From Blastocatellia bacterium (GTDB taxonomy: Bacteria; Acidobacteriota; Blastocatellia; RBC074): DNA of 60,194 bases. Both the position numbers and the translations under genes were made by a program. Shown one piece after another: positions 20,525 through 30,430 of the stretch. The notes beneath the pieces were generated by a model that saw only the letters and a program-made list of their open reading frames with translations, made no database searches and was not told the origin of the DNA. The stretch's first letter is position 1. Each line of letters opens with the position of its first letter. Location of the stretch: assembly GCA_043719385.1 (NCBI GenBank), contig JAYSTY010000438.1:1-60194 (forward strand). The letters are read 5' to 3'.

Positions 20525-21295
20525 CTAATGTTTATGGGAATGAAAATTCTCTTGATCCAAATCAACCGTTCTGGCAACCAGTGGCAAAAGTGCGGTTGGA
20601 ACTTTAGGAAATTCGTGATGAACGTGGTGATAAGCAAACGACGAAATGACCGGAGTCCAGAAGCGTGTAAATCGTGCGGCTCCTTTGACCATTGGATTAT
20701 GTGGAGCCAATTTATGAGGTATGTATGATGCCCAGAGAGGAATCGTCGCACTAATAATTGCCGCAACTGCCCAATATATCAATCCAGCTAAAGACCCAAA
20801 CTTGACGAATAAGCAAATCGCTACCAGCAACAAAAAGACTGTCGCGGCAGTTTCAAGTAACTGAATATTTCTTGTCCGAGGCGACATGCGTAGGGCGTAA
20901 AATCGCATCGTGAAAACATGAAATGGCCCATCAAATAGAACACGTGACAGTGACCAGGTAGCGGGCGCTCCTTCCACATCATCTTCCTTCAAACAACGTC
21001 CATGATGTCTTAAATGTGTAAACTGTATGCTGTGACCACTCTTGAGAATCAGCAATGCGCTTAATGTTATTAAGATTTCGTGAGTTTTTTTCGAGAAACC
21101 AAGCGATCTGTGGATGGAATCATGCAATTGCACAAACCCAGCTAAACAAGTAGCAACAGCAAATGCAACAGCAACCACCCACCAACCATTGATTGCCGCT
21201 ACCAGATAAAAACCAAATAACAGCCAGGGACGCACTAATTCAACGATTTGCTGCAAGCGCCCAAGTTGAAGGAGAGGGAATGTTGACTTATCCAT
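20525..21295 (-). CDS. membrane di-iron fatty acid desaturase family protein (CrtW-like size)
   Basis: Three His boxes: HDSIH, HLRHH and HHVHH. Multiple TM helices. Start set at the ATG at 21295 (MDKSTF), which overlaps the upstream kinase stop as ATGGATAA. Confidence 0.7.
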   Translation of the reverse strand: MDKSTFPLLQLGRLQQIVELVRPWLLFGFYLVAAINGWWVVAVAFAVATCLAGFVQLHDSIHRSLGFSKKTHEILITLSALLILKSGHSIQFTHLRHHGRCLKEDDVEGAPATWSLSRVLFDGPFHVFTMRFYALRMSPRTRNIQLLETAATVFLLLVAICLFVKFGSLAGLIYWAVAAIISATIPLWASYIPHKLAPHNPMVKGAARFTRFWTPVISSFAYHHVHHEFPKVPTALLPLVARTVDLDQENFHSHKH

Positions 21296-22256
21296 TTGCC
21301 ATTTCCTGCGGCGTATCATCACCGACAGGAATCATAATTGTAAATGTACTGCCCTTACCTTTTTGCGAGCGGACAGAGACGTTGCCACCGTGTGCGACGG
21401 CGATGCGTTTGACGATGGCCAGCCCCAAGCCTGTGCCAGCTTTGCGCTTGCCGTTTTGTGCCTGCCAATAGGCGTCAAAAACATAGGGCGCTTCGTCCGG
21501 TGCGAGGCCTTCGCCGGTATCGGTCACGGCAATCAACACATAATCGCAGAGCGCGTCACGTCGTTTTTCGTTGAGAAAACTGGCGCGAATGGTGACTGAG
21601 CCGCCAGATGCCGTAAATTTAATGGCGTTGCCAACGAGGTTCATCAAGGCACGGTGCATTTGCTTACGATCAAGCTGCACATTCGGCAAATTCGCCTGTA
21701 TTTTACAACTGAGTTTCACTCCGGCCTGACGTGCGGCTCCGCTGGCAACCTGCATCACGGATTCTACGATTTCAACGGCGGACATCGGCTCAAAATCAAG
21801 CGCCAGCAGTCCCTGTTTGGTCATTTTTGACAGCTCAAGCATATCGTTGAGCAAGTCAGCGACCTCACGGCAACTGCGCAGCGCATCGGTCAGCAGGGAG
21901 TGATAATACTTCTCATCAATTATCCGTTTGGCCTTGATGTCCTCGTTCATCAAATCAAGGACGCCCAAAACTACGGTCAGCGGCGAGCGAATGTCATGCA
22001 CGACCGCATTGATAAAGCTGGCCTTCAGGCGACCTTCTTCGCGCAATTCTCCGAGTTTATCCTGCAATTCGGTCAGGCGTTTTTGTAACTCGACGCCTTC
22101 ACTGATATGTGGCCAGGTCGAGTTCAGCAAAGCAGAACTAAGTTCTTTATTTTCAATTAATTCATATCCTGATAAAGCTTTGGTGAGAGTTGGCTCGGTA
22201 TCAGTCCCAAAAACGATAGCAGGTGAGGAAGTCAACAGGACAAGATTTTCATTCAT
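21288..22256 (-). CDS. cytoplasmic sensor histidine kinase (HisKA + HATPase_c)
   Basis: 322 aa. H-box FINAVVHDIRSPL, N-box NLVGNAIKF, G1 DTGEG and G2 GTGLGL. No TM or recognisable sensor domain. Confidence 0.85.
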   Translation of the reverse strand: MNENLVLLTSSPAIVFGTDTEPTLTKALSGYELIENKELSSALLNSTWPHISEGVELQKRLTELQDKLGELREEGRLKASFINAVVHDIRSPLTVVLGVLDLMNEDIKAKRIIDEKYYHSLLTDALRSCREVADLLNDMLELSKMTKQGLLALDFEPMSAVEIVESVMQVASGAARQAGVKLSCKIQANLPNVQLDRKQMHRALMNLVGNAIKFTASGGSVTIRASFLNEKRRDALCDYVLIAVTDTGEGLAPDEAPYVFDAYWQAQNGKRKAGTGLGLAIVKRIAVAHGGNVSVRSQKGKGSTFTIMIPVGDDTPQEMANG

Positions 22257-22676
22257 AGCAGTAGTAGTTCTCTAAAAGCGCAATTTGGCTGCGAAAGTTG
22301 GAATTCAGGGTTGTGAAGTCGGCAGTAACGATTTCGGGGAAATCAAAGCGTGGAAGGTGGGGCTTTTGCGGGAGGGACCGATTGCCCACTTTGAACATGT
22401 CTATCTTATTTCATTTTGGTGGTAATAGTACAGAAATTTTTACATCTCCGAAAAACTGAAATCAGGATACGAAATTTTGGATAAATGGCGAGGAACTGGC
22501 AAGTAGTAAGGTCTGCTGTTAATCCTCTAAGTTAGAAGCATTGCAAGAGATAACCAGAGTTTCGCGGTTGGCTGGAGTTGTGGCACTGAGCTTGCACTGG
22601 ATATTGCGTGTGTGCGACGACAAAATTGTTGCACCAAAGTCTTCCGAGAATTTCATCCCAGCAAAGCTAGATTGAC

Positions 22677-22710
22677 GGAGAGGTCGTAAAAAAACCTCTC
22701 CTATTTTTTG
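22677..22710 (+). terminator. plus-strand-oriented intrinsic terminator hairpin
   Basis: ggagaggt-cgtaaaaaa-acctctcc followed by TATTTTTT on the plus strand. It abuts the stop of the convergent minus-strand PLP enzyme gene. Confidence 0.5.
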
Positions 22711-22712
22711 GC

Positions 22713-23894
22713 TCAGATAGTTTGTAAAGCCTGCGCAAAATCAGCCAGCAAATCCTTCGTGTCTTCCAGTCCGACTGAAATCCTGACCAGACTTTCGCTG
22801 ATGCCAGTTGCGCGCTGTTGTTCCGGCGTGAGTTGCAACGCCCACATTGCCGCCGGATGCACAACTAAAGTTTCAAAACCTCCGAGGCTGGCAGCACGCG
22901 TGGCTAATTTGAGGGACGAAATTAATTTCTCTGCGCCGGAATAATCACCTTTGACATCTACGCTGAGCATGCCGGTAAATCCGTCCATTTGTGATTTTGC
23001 CAGTTCGTGCTGTGGGTGAGAGGCAAGACCAGGGTAATAAACTCTGGCGATTTTTGGGTGTGCGACCAGAAATTCTGCTAAGGCCTGCGCATTTTGATTA
23101 TGCCTTTCAACGCGTAACCCCAGCGTGCGTAAGCCGCGCAACAATAACCATCCATCAAACGGACTCAGAACACTGCCTGAAACAACGGCAAATCTCCAAA
23201 TCTGTTCAATCATGGCTTTTGCGCCAACAATTGCCCCAGCCGTCGCGTCGTGATGTCCGCCGATATACTTCGTCGCACTGTGCAACACGACATCGAAGCC
23301 TAATTCAATCGGACGCTGATTGATCGGAGTGGCAAAAGTGCTGTCCACCATGCTGATCAGGTTGTGCTGTTTTGCCAACGCCACAATCGCCCGCAAGTCG
23401 GTAATTTGCATGAGCGGATTTGTGGGAGTTTCGACGTAAATAATTTTCGTATTCGGGCGTACCGCCGCGGTGAATTCTTCGTTGCTGGTATTGTCAACCA
23501 GTGTGCATTCGACCCCGAAACGCGGCAGGATGTCACGAAACAAAACTGTTGTCGCGGCATAATGATTGCGCTGTCCGATGACGTGATCGCCGCTTTTTAG
23601 CTGGCTCATCACCGCCGCGAAAATTGCGCCAATACCGGAACTTGTCACCAGCGCAGTTTCTGCACCTTCCAACGCGGCGATGGTCGCCTCGACCTGTTGA
23701 TGATTCGGATTGCCGTAGCGCGTATAAAATTCAGCGTGGCGCGGTTCGGTCGCCATGGCATAAAAATGCTCGGCGTTGTCCGCACTAAAGGTAGTTGTTT
23801 GATAAATCGGCGGACTAATAGAAGTCGTTTGATTGAATTCCTGTGATACGTGGACAGCTTTGGTTTGCGGACCTTGTGATTCGTGCCTGGACAT
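22713..23894 (-). CDS. Cys/Met-metabolism PLP-dependent enzyme (cystathionine gamma-synthase/lyase family)
   Basis: 393 aa. YTRYGNPN and the [13 protein letters not shown]-lysine motif. Confidence 0.85.
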   Translation of the reverse strand: MSRHESQGPQTKAVHVSQEFNQTTSISPPIYQTTTFSADNAEHFYAMATEPRHAEFYTRYGNPNHQQVEATIAALEGAETALVTSSGIGAIFAAVMSQLKSGDHVIGQRNHYAATTVLFRDILPRFGVECTLVDNTSNEEFTAAVRPNTKIIYVETPTNPLMQITDLRAIVALAKQHNLISMVDSTFATPINQRPIELGFDVVLHSATKYIGGHHDATAGAIVGAKAMIEQIWRFAVVSGSVLSPFDGWLLLRGLRTLGLRVERHNQNAQALAEFLVAHPKIARVYYPGLASHPQHELAKSQMDGFTGMLSVDVKGDYSGAEKLISSLKLATRAASLGGFETLVVHPAAMWALQLTPEQQRATGISESLVRISVGLEDTKDLLADFAQALQTI

Positions 23895-23898
23895 AAAT

Positions 23899-24324
23899 TT
23901 AATGTTGCGATAAATGCGTATGTTGTAACATCACCAGTGCGTGGCGCACGGCTTTGACGGCGCGCTCAAAGGTTGCTTCGTGAACTAAAATTGCATCCGT
24001 GCGATAGGTTGACAGGCTGAGAATGCTAATATCCGCTTCCGCCAGAGCGCGACTGATTTCCGCAATGAAACCAACGACTGAAAAATCCAGCACCGTATCA
24101 AAGCGAATCATTCGCCGCCGCAATTGCGTTTGCGAGTCAGGAAAATTTGGGGCGAGCGCGTCCCATATCTCTTCCGTCAAAATAAGCGTAATTTCGTCCT
24201 TATCGCGGGTCAGAGAAATAAATCCCTCGACCACGCGCACGGCATTAATGATTTCGCTATAATGTTCCAGCGGCAGGCTGACGACAGCGAATAAAGTTTT
24301 AGGCAGATCGAGTTTTATTTGCAT
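23899..24324 (-). CDS. ACT domain-containing protein (ACT_7/CASTOR-like)
   Basis: 141 aa. The FAVVSL...[13 protein letters not shown] and [23 protein letters not shown] patterns fit an ACT fold. It lies 4 nt upstream of the PLP enzyme gene. Confidence 0.55.
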   Translation of the reverse strand: MQIKLDLPKTLFAVVSLPLEHYSEIINAVRVVEGFISLTRDKDEITLILTEEIWDALAPNFPDSQTQLRRRMIRFDTVLDFSVVGFIAEISRALAEADISILSLSTYRTDAILVHEATFERAVKAVRHALVMLQHTHLSQH

Positions 24325-24473
24325 AAACTTGAATGTTGATTGCGGAATGCGAAAGGCGGAATTATGCTTACCGCAGCTTTGTTACCTGAGCAAATATACA
24401 CTGCTCAAGAGTCAAGACCAAAGAATTGAAAGGATTTATTTGCCCAAGATACGTAAAGCGTAAAATCCCAACC

Positions 24474-25304
24474 ATGAAAAGCATTCTGGTAGTTGATGAC
24501 GACCCAATGATCCCGGCGATGATTAGCGCGGCTTTAAAGGCTGATGGCTGTGAATTGATTGCGGCGGCAAACGCGGCGCAGGGGCTGGAAATCCTTAAGC
24601 ACCGACAGGTTGATTTACTGATTGCCGATGCAGAAGCGCCGCAGGACGAGGGTTTTGAATTAATTGCCGAAGCACATCAGATCAATGCCAGAACTAAAGT
24701 GGTGATAATGACTGAGGCGAAAGCGCCGGAAACAGCGATTGCGGCGTTACGCCATCATGTTTGCGAATTACTTTTCAAACCATTTTCGGTTGCTGAGTTA
24801 CGGGATACCGTTCATTCGGCGCTCGCAGCGCCTGATCTCACCCAGGGCATCGAAATCCTGTCAGCGAATCCAGCCTGGCTGACGCTAAAAATTCCCTGTC
24901 ACCTGGGTGCAATGCAACCGCTTTATCGCGTCATTACTAATCTTGACCCCACGCTTGACCTTGATATCCGTGAATCACTTGGCATTGCGTTCCGCGAATT
25001 GCTCCAAAATGCTATCGAACATGGATGTAAGTGCCAGGCGGGTAAGTTTGTTGAAGTCAGTTACATCCGCCTGCAACGCGCGATTGTCTGCCATATCAAA
25101 GACCCTGGCAAAGGCTTCAAAATGGAAGAATTACCACACGCGGCAGTTTCAAATCCCGCCGATGAACCGTATTCACATTTGACGAGGCGGGCTGAAATCG
25201 GCATGCGCCCAGGTGGTTTTGGTTTATTACTGGCCGGGCAAATGGTGGATGAAATGGTTTACAACGAATCCCATAACGAAGTCATGTTTGTGAAGTATCT
25301 TTGA
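24474..25304 (+). CDS. response-regulator receiver fused to an RsbW/SpoIIAB-like HATPase domain
   Basis: Start at the ATG at 24474 (MKSILVVDDD). The REC domain has DLLIAD. The C-terminus has N-box ELLQNAIEHG, DPGKGF and GGFGLLL. Confidence 0.7.
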   Translation: MKSILVVDDDPMIPAMISAALKADGCELIAAANAAQGLEILKHRQVDLLIADAEAPQDEGFELIAEAHQINARTKVVIMTEAKAPETAIAALRHHVCELLFKPFSVAELRDTVHSALAAPDLTQGIEILSANPAWLTLKIPCHLGAMQPLYRVITNLDPTLDLDIRESLGIAFRELLQNAIEHGCKCQAGKFVEVSYIRLQRAIVCHIKDPGKGFKMEELPHAAVSNPADEPYSHLTRRAEIGMRPGGFGLLLAGQMVDEMVYNESHNEVMFVKYL

Positions 25305-25335
25305 ACATGACTGGAGAGTAACGCCCACAGGTTTT

Positions 25336-25980
25336 ATGGACATCATCGCAATTTTTCAGCCTGCTGCCATTCCGCTTACCCCTGATTTCACCGCCCCGCA
25401 CTGGCAAGCAGCAATCAGTCATCCGATTAATCATAACTGGCGTGGAGACGTGGCTCCTGAGGAATTGAAAACGACGGCGCGAATTTTATGGACTGCGAAC
25501 GAAATCATTTTTGGTTACGAATGTCATTATACCGAGCTTGATATGGACGAGCAGTTTAATGTCAGCGAAGAGCGGAACGCGTTGTGGGATCGTGACGTAT
25601 GCGAAGCCTTTATTCGCTCGCCGCTGGAAACAGATCAGCGCATTTATAAAGAGTTTGAAGTTGCGCCAACCGGACAATGGGTAGATTTGCGCATCAATCG
25701 CATTACTGTCACGCACGACTGGCAATGGAAAAGTGGGATGCGAACGGCGGCACAAATTGAGGAAAAAATTTGGCGTGTAGTAATGGCAATTCCCTTTACT
25801 GCTTTTGGATTGACGCCCAACGCTGGCGATGTTTGGGACGCAAACTTATTTCGTGTCAGTCGGCTCAACGGCGCAAGACAATTTTTAGCTTACGCCCCGA
25901 CTTTTACTGAAACGCCGAGTTTTCACGTGCCAGAAAAATTTGTCAGATTGCGGTTTGAGAATTCGCCAATTCAAACATAG
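25336..25980 (+). CDS. carbohydrate-binding family 9-like (DOMON-like) protein
   Basis: 214 aa. The pattern resembles CBM9-like proteins (ARILWTANEIIFGYEC..., WDANLFRV). Assigned from memory only. Confidence 0.4.
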   Translation: MDIIAIFQPAAIPLTPDFTAPHWQAAISHPINHNWRGDVAPEELKTTARILWTANEIIFGYECHYTELDMDEQFNVSEERNALWDRDVCEAFIRSPLETDQRIYKEFEVAPTGQWVDLRINRITVTHDWQWKSGMRTAAQIEEKIWRVVMAIPFTAFGLTPNAGDVWDANLFRVSRLNGARQFLAYAPTFTETPSFHVPEKFVRLRFENSPIQT

Positions 25981-25993
25981 ACGAAAAGAACCA

Positions 25994-26665
25994 ATGAGAA
26001 ATACTGTCGCATTTATCAGCCAAATTATTTTCGCGGGAGCCGTTTTTTTTGCGTGTTTTATCTGCTCGTATGCGCAGGGAGAAGTGACGGATCGCCTGCT
26101 GGTTCTGGTCAACCGTGAAGTCATTACTGAAAGCGATGTGTTATGGGCGTTGGCACTTGACCCGGAATTGCCAGGCCTTGCCCTGAGCGTCGAAAATCGG
26201 CGTGCCATGCTGGAACGATTAGTAGATCAAAAATTATTGTTGCAGGAAGCCGAGAAACTGCCACGCAATGAACCAACTGAAGAAGAAATTTCCGACCATA
26301 TCAACAAAGAGTTGATCGCCAAATTTGGCAGCAATGAAAAGTTTGTCGAGCGGGTGAAAAAAGTTGGACTCGAACAATCCATGCTGCGCGAAGTTGTCCG
26401 CCAAAGGCTGGAAATTCTCAAATATGTAGATTTTCGCTTTCGCTCTTTTGTCTTCGTCAAGCCGGAGGACATCGAAAATTATTACCGCAATTCAGTGCTT
26501 CCAGAAGCCGCTCGCAAAGGTCTGGGGGCGCCAGAACTGAACGAAGAGTTACGGGTAAAAATAGAAGCTCAACTCGTCAATGACCGCGTCAACACAGAGC
26601 TTGATCGTTTTTTCGACGAGGCACGAGCGCAAGCTCAAATCACCCGCCTGGCGCAAATTCAATAA
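25994..26665 (+). CDS. SurA N-terminal domain-like periplasmic chaperone
   Basis: Start at the ATG at 25994. Has a signal peptide, then VNREVITESDV...LVDQKLLLQEAEK, typical of a SurA_N/PpiD-like chaperone domain. No PPIase domain. Confidence 0.6.
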   Translation: MRNTVAFISQIIFAGAVFFACFICSYAQGEVTDRLLVLVNREVITESDVLWALALDPELPGLALSVENRRAMLERLVDQKLLLQEAEKLPRNEPTEEEISDHINKELIAKFGSNEKFVERVKKVGLEQSMLREVVRQRLEILKYVDFRFRSFVFVKPEDIENYYRNSVLPEAARKGLGAPELNEELRVKIEAQLVNDRVNTELDRFFDEARAQAQITRLAQIQ

Positions 26666-26683
26666 ACCTCGCAGGCAAAATTT

Positions 26684-29600
26684 ATGTTGTCCTCAAATTC
26701 TTTCCGCTTATCACTTTCCTTCGCCCTGATTTTTTCCCTCGTCATTTCGCAATGCTCCTGCACACGCAGCAAAGCTTTCGTCAAACGGTATGTCAATGGT
26801 GAAGCGTCTCTCGCGCTGGATTCGTCTTTTGATGCGACCGTGCAAATTCCATCTGCTCCAACTAATCAGCCTGCGCTCAATGTGCCGCTCACAATTTTGC
26901 GCCAGCCGGCCACAGCGGGAATTCCGCTCGCCGAAAACTCAAATGTGCGGGACATTACGCAAGTAGCTTTGGTTGATGCCGCCAACAAGGCTGTCCCCGC
27001 GCAATTTCGCGTTTTGTCGCGTTGGCGCGGACCAGTGAATGACGCAAACCGTCCGATCAAATGGCTGCTGGTTGATACCGATTCCCCGGCAGGAGATTAC
27101 CATCTGGTCTTAGGCAATAATCCTGCGCCAGCAATCAAAGTCAGCAGCGGCACGCCTGCATCAATGGCAAAAAGTGGTTCAGCTTCACCGCCCGCCAAAG
27201 ATTCGTTTGAAGCTACCGGACGTGACCCTGGAACGGCGGCGCGACCAACAACGACGGCACGCACGGCTGCACCAGCTAATAATTCGTCCGTCGGTAATTT
27301 GCTCCTTCAGGCGGGAAGAGTGCGGTTGACAGCGGCGGCAAAAGGCAGTGATTTACTGACGAGCCTGGCGATTGATGAGACCGAAAGATTGACGCAACCG
27401 CTGACGATTACGATTGAGCAGCCACGCTCGACAATCCTGATCGGTGAAACGGCAGCGGGAACCAACACGCTGAAAGTCACCGATGCCAATGCGCTGGCAA
27501 TTGGCGCTAACCTGCATTTTGAGCATCTCGGCGAATTGCCTTATGAATCACCCGCCGGAGCCAGTCGCGTCGCAGCCCGCGAGGAGGATCAGATGTATGA
27601 ACCAAATCGCACTTACCGAATTGAAGAAAGGACGCCACGGCAGGAAGATGTGTTTGTTATTCGCCGCGATGATGGCGGTTGGATTTATACGCGCACACCG
27701 CTGCGCTATACACATCCACCGCGTTCGCGCATCCGTGATACTGGCAGCGAAGAAGAAATTGCTGCCGTCAAATCCATCCGCGAGCAAATCGTGACGCTTG
27801 ACAGACCGCTCAAGCTGAAACACAACGCCAATGAAAAAATTATTGCCGCCGCTCCAGCTTTGACGCTGACCGCAGTCGTTGATGAAACCAGGTTTGAAGA
27901 ATCAGGGCCGTTACGTGTCGTGCTGCGGCAGGATGGACATTTTCAAAGTCCTGATCGTGCCGCGCCTGCCGGACAAATGTTGCGCTTCACAATGCGCTAT
28001 CACGTTTACGCAGCCCAGGCTTTTGTGCGAGCGCAACTCAGAATCCTCAACACCGGGCCATTTGGCTTTGGGGGCGAGCGCAACGGTGTTCCGCCTTATG
28101 CCCAGCACGCACTGCTAAAATCGCTCAACGTCAACCTGCCATTTGCTGGCGGCAAACAACACCGCATCGAAGCCCGCAATGAAGACGGCGCTAAAATCGC
28201 AACGCTCATCGGCGGCAAAGGAATTGAAGTCACAGCCCCGGAATTTGCGGAAAACTTTCCGAAAGCTTTGAGCGCGGATGCCAGTGGCGTGCGTTTTGAA
28301 ATCCTGCCAAATGGGCTGGGCGAAAAGACCGGCGATTATATTTTTGATGGAGCACGCGCCAAAACTACTGATTTTTATTTCGGGCTGGAAACAAAAAATG
28401 CGGCGGCACTCACTAATGCGCCGGGCATTTTGATTGACCCTGAATACGTCGCATCAACCCAGGCTGTCCGCCCTTTGTTAGTTGAAAAACGTAACTGGAC
28501 AAAAGCTTTTCCCGAAGATCGAACCCTCGGAGTAGCGGCGATGCGCATGGAACGCTGGCTCTCAGGCCTGTATGCAAATGAAGCCAATGAAAGTATTCAG
28601 CCACGCCCTGCGGAATCAATTTTTGAAGTGCGTCGGATGAGCCGCGAAGGTTACGCCGAAAAAGATAACGGGCATTTCGGCTGGCGCAATTTCGGCGACC
28701 TGACCTGGGCTGACGGCTATACAAATTTGCATTACGATATTCATTACATTGCCTTGCGCGAATATTTGCGGACGGGCGACAAACGCGCCTTTCAACTGGG
28801 CAGCGAGATGGCGCGGTTTCGGGCTGACTGGGGACAGCATCACGCCGTGGATTATTGGGATTCGTCGCGCACCTTCAATTTTAAAGGTTTTGCTTTTTAC
28901 GAAAAAGGCGATCACGGAACCTATAAACCACCGCTGCCCAGCCATCACTGGGTGGAGGGAATGTGGCTTTATTACGTGCTGACTGGTGATGAATCCATGC
29001 ACGAAGTAGCGCTGGAAGCCTCGGATGTTTTGCGCACGCATCCGATGGACAATTATCTGTATGGCTTGAATTATAACGAATCGCGCTGGGTTGGCTGGCC
29101 GGCGCTGAATATGATGGTAGCGTGGCGTTACAGCGGCGATGTCCGTTATTTTGAGCAGGCGAAAAAATTAATTTATCTGATGGTACAGGCCGAGGAAGGC
29201 GCCGGACGAAAAGGTTATTTTATTCCCGCCGGTTCAAGTTTCGGGCCAAAGCTTCAGCCGTTTATGTGGGGTGGATATGCACAGCTTGGGACGATTGAAT
29301 ACTGGCGTGAAACCGGCGACAAACGCGTCGCGGATTTTCTGGTGAGAATTGCCGACTGGCTGATCGGCGCTAAAGGTCAGCGACCAGTTTTGACCGGAGG
29401 AAAAATACGAGCGGATGGTAATTATGAACCACTCGGCGCAAATTTTTTCTGGGCACCTGAACCATTGCCAGACCCGCGCATCACTGAATTGGCGATGATG
29501 AATTTGCCGGTGCTGACCATTGCCGCACGCATTACGGGAAGGGCTGATTTCCAGGATAAAGCGCGCCTGTTATTCAGGGATGTCACCTATTTCCGCGATG

Positions 29601-29755
29601 CGCCGGACAACGCTGCTCTCGCCCCCGCCGCGCTCAGCCAGATAAATTTTCGCTCGCCACAATTCAGCGGAAGTTATGTCAAAGCCTACGGACATTTTGG
29701 CTTATTCGTGCCTGATTATCTGGCAGATTATGTGAGTAAGGCAAAAAATAAATGA
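26684..29755 (+). CDS. large secreted protein of unknown function
   Basis: 1023 aa. N-terminal signal peptide, a Pro/Ala/Thr-rich linker near residues 150-200 and an aromatic/His-rich C-terminal half (HHWVEGMWLYYVLTGD). No family recognised with confidence. Confidence 0.6.
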   Translation: MLSSNSFRLSLSFALIFSLVISQCSCTRSKAFVKRYVNGEASLALDSSFDATVQIPSAPTNQPALNVPLTILRQPATAGIPLAENSNVRDITQVALVDAANKAVPAQFRVLSRWRGPVNDANRPIKWLLVDTDSPAGDYHLVLGNNPAPAIKVSSGTPASMAKSGSASPPAKDSFEATGRDPGTAARPTTTARTAAPANNSSVGNLLLQAGRVRLTAAAKGSDLLTSLAIDETERLTQPLTITIEQPRSTILIGETAAGTNTLKVTDANALAIGANLHFEHLGELPYESPAGASRVAAREEDQMYEPNRTYRIEERTPRQEDVFVIRRDDGGWIYTRTPLRYTHPPRSRIRDTGSEEEIAAVKSIREQIVTLDRPLKLKHNANEKIIAAAPALTLTAVVDETRFEESGPLRVVLRQDGHFQSPDRAAPAGQMLRFTMRYHVYAAQAFVRAQLRILNTGPFGFGGERNGVPPYAQHALLKSLNVNLPFAGGKQHRIEARNEDGAKIATLIGGKGIEVTAPEFAENFPKALSADASGVRFEILPNGLGEKTGDYIFDGARAKTTDFYFGLETKNAAALTNAPGILIDPEYVASTQAVRPLLVEKRNWTKAFPEDRTLGVAAMRMERWLSGLYANEANESIQPRPAESIFEVRRMSREGYAEKDNGHFGWRNFGDLTWADGYTNLHYDIHYIALREYLRTGDKRAFQLGSEMARFRADWGQHHAVDYWDSSRTFNFKGFAFYEKGDHGTYKPPLPSHHWVEGMWLYYVLTGDESMHEVALEASDVLRTHPMDNYLYGLNYNESRWVGWPALNMMVAWRYSGDVRYFEQAKKLIYLMVQAEEGAGRKGYFIPAGSSFGPKLQPFMWGGYAQLGTIEYWRETGDKRVADFLVRIADWLIGAKGQRPVLTGGKIRADGNYEPLGANFFWAPEPLPDPRITELAMMNLPVLTIAARITGRADFQDKARLLFRDVTYFRDAPDNAALAPAALSQINFRSPQFSGSYVKAYGHFGLFVPDYLADYVSKAKNK

Positions 29756-29764
29756 CCTGTTCAG

Positions 29765-30430
29765 TTACACGAAAGTGGCTATTTCGTGGAGTGGTTTCCG
29801 ACTGATATTCGGCACGGTTGCAGCGGCGGCGGGATGGCCTGTCACCAGCAACAAATAAGGTTTTTCATTGACCGGGCGCTTCAGAATTTCATTCAAAAAT
29901 CCCATTGGACTGGGCGTATGTGTCAGCGCCGCCAGGCCTGCATTGTGCAGGGCAGTAATTAACATTCCCGTTGCGATACCGACCGATTCGTTCACATAAT
30001 AATTTTTCACTTTGCGGCCATCAGGCAACAAACCAAAGCTCTGCGCAAAAATCGCAATCAGGTAAGGTGCAGTTTCGAGAAAAGGCTTATTCGCATCCGT
30101 CCCCAGCGGGGCAAGCGCGTCAAGCCATTCCTGGGGAGCGCGGCTCGTATAAAATTCGTGTTCTTCTTTTTCTGCGCCGACCCGAATTTGTTGTTTGATG
30201 TGCGGATCGCTGATCACCACAAAATGCCAGGGCTGGAGGTTGGCTCCGCTCGGAGCGCTGCCTGCGACGGCGAGACAAGCTTCAATAATTTCCCGTGCGA
30301 CCGGACGATCCGAAAAATAACGCACAGTCCGGCGACGCAGCATCTGCGCCTGAAAATCTGCCGCACGTTGCAACATCTCTTCCGACCCATATTCAGGCCA
30401 ATCCCTGAGTGAAATAAATCCATTACTCAT
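29765..30430 (-). CDS. nitroreductase family protein
   Basis: 221 aa. [12 protein letters not shown] and [15 protein letters not shown] are nitroreductase-fold signatures. Confidence 0.8.
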   Translation of the reverse strand: MSNGFISLRDWPEYGSEEMLQRAADFQAQMLRRRTVRYFSDRPVAREIIEACLAVAGSAPSGANLQPWHFVVISDPHIKQQIRVGAEKEEHEFYTSRAPQEWLDALAPLGTDANKPFLETAPYLIAIFAQSFGLLPDGRKVKNYYVNESVGIATGMLITALHNAGLAALTHTPSPMGFLNEILKRPVNEKPYLLLVTGHPAAAATVPNISRKPLHEIATFV

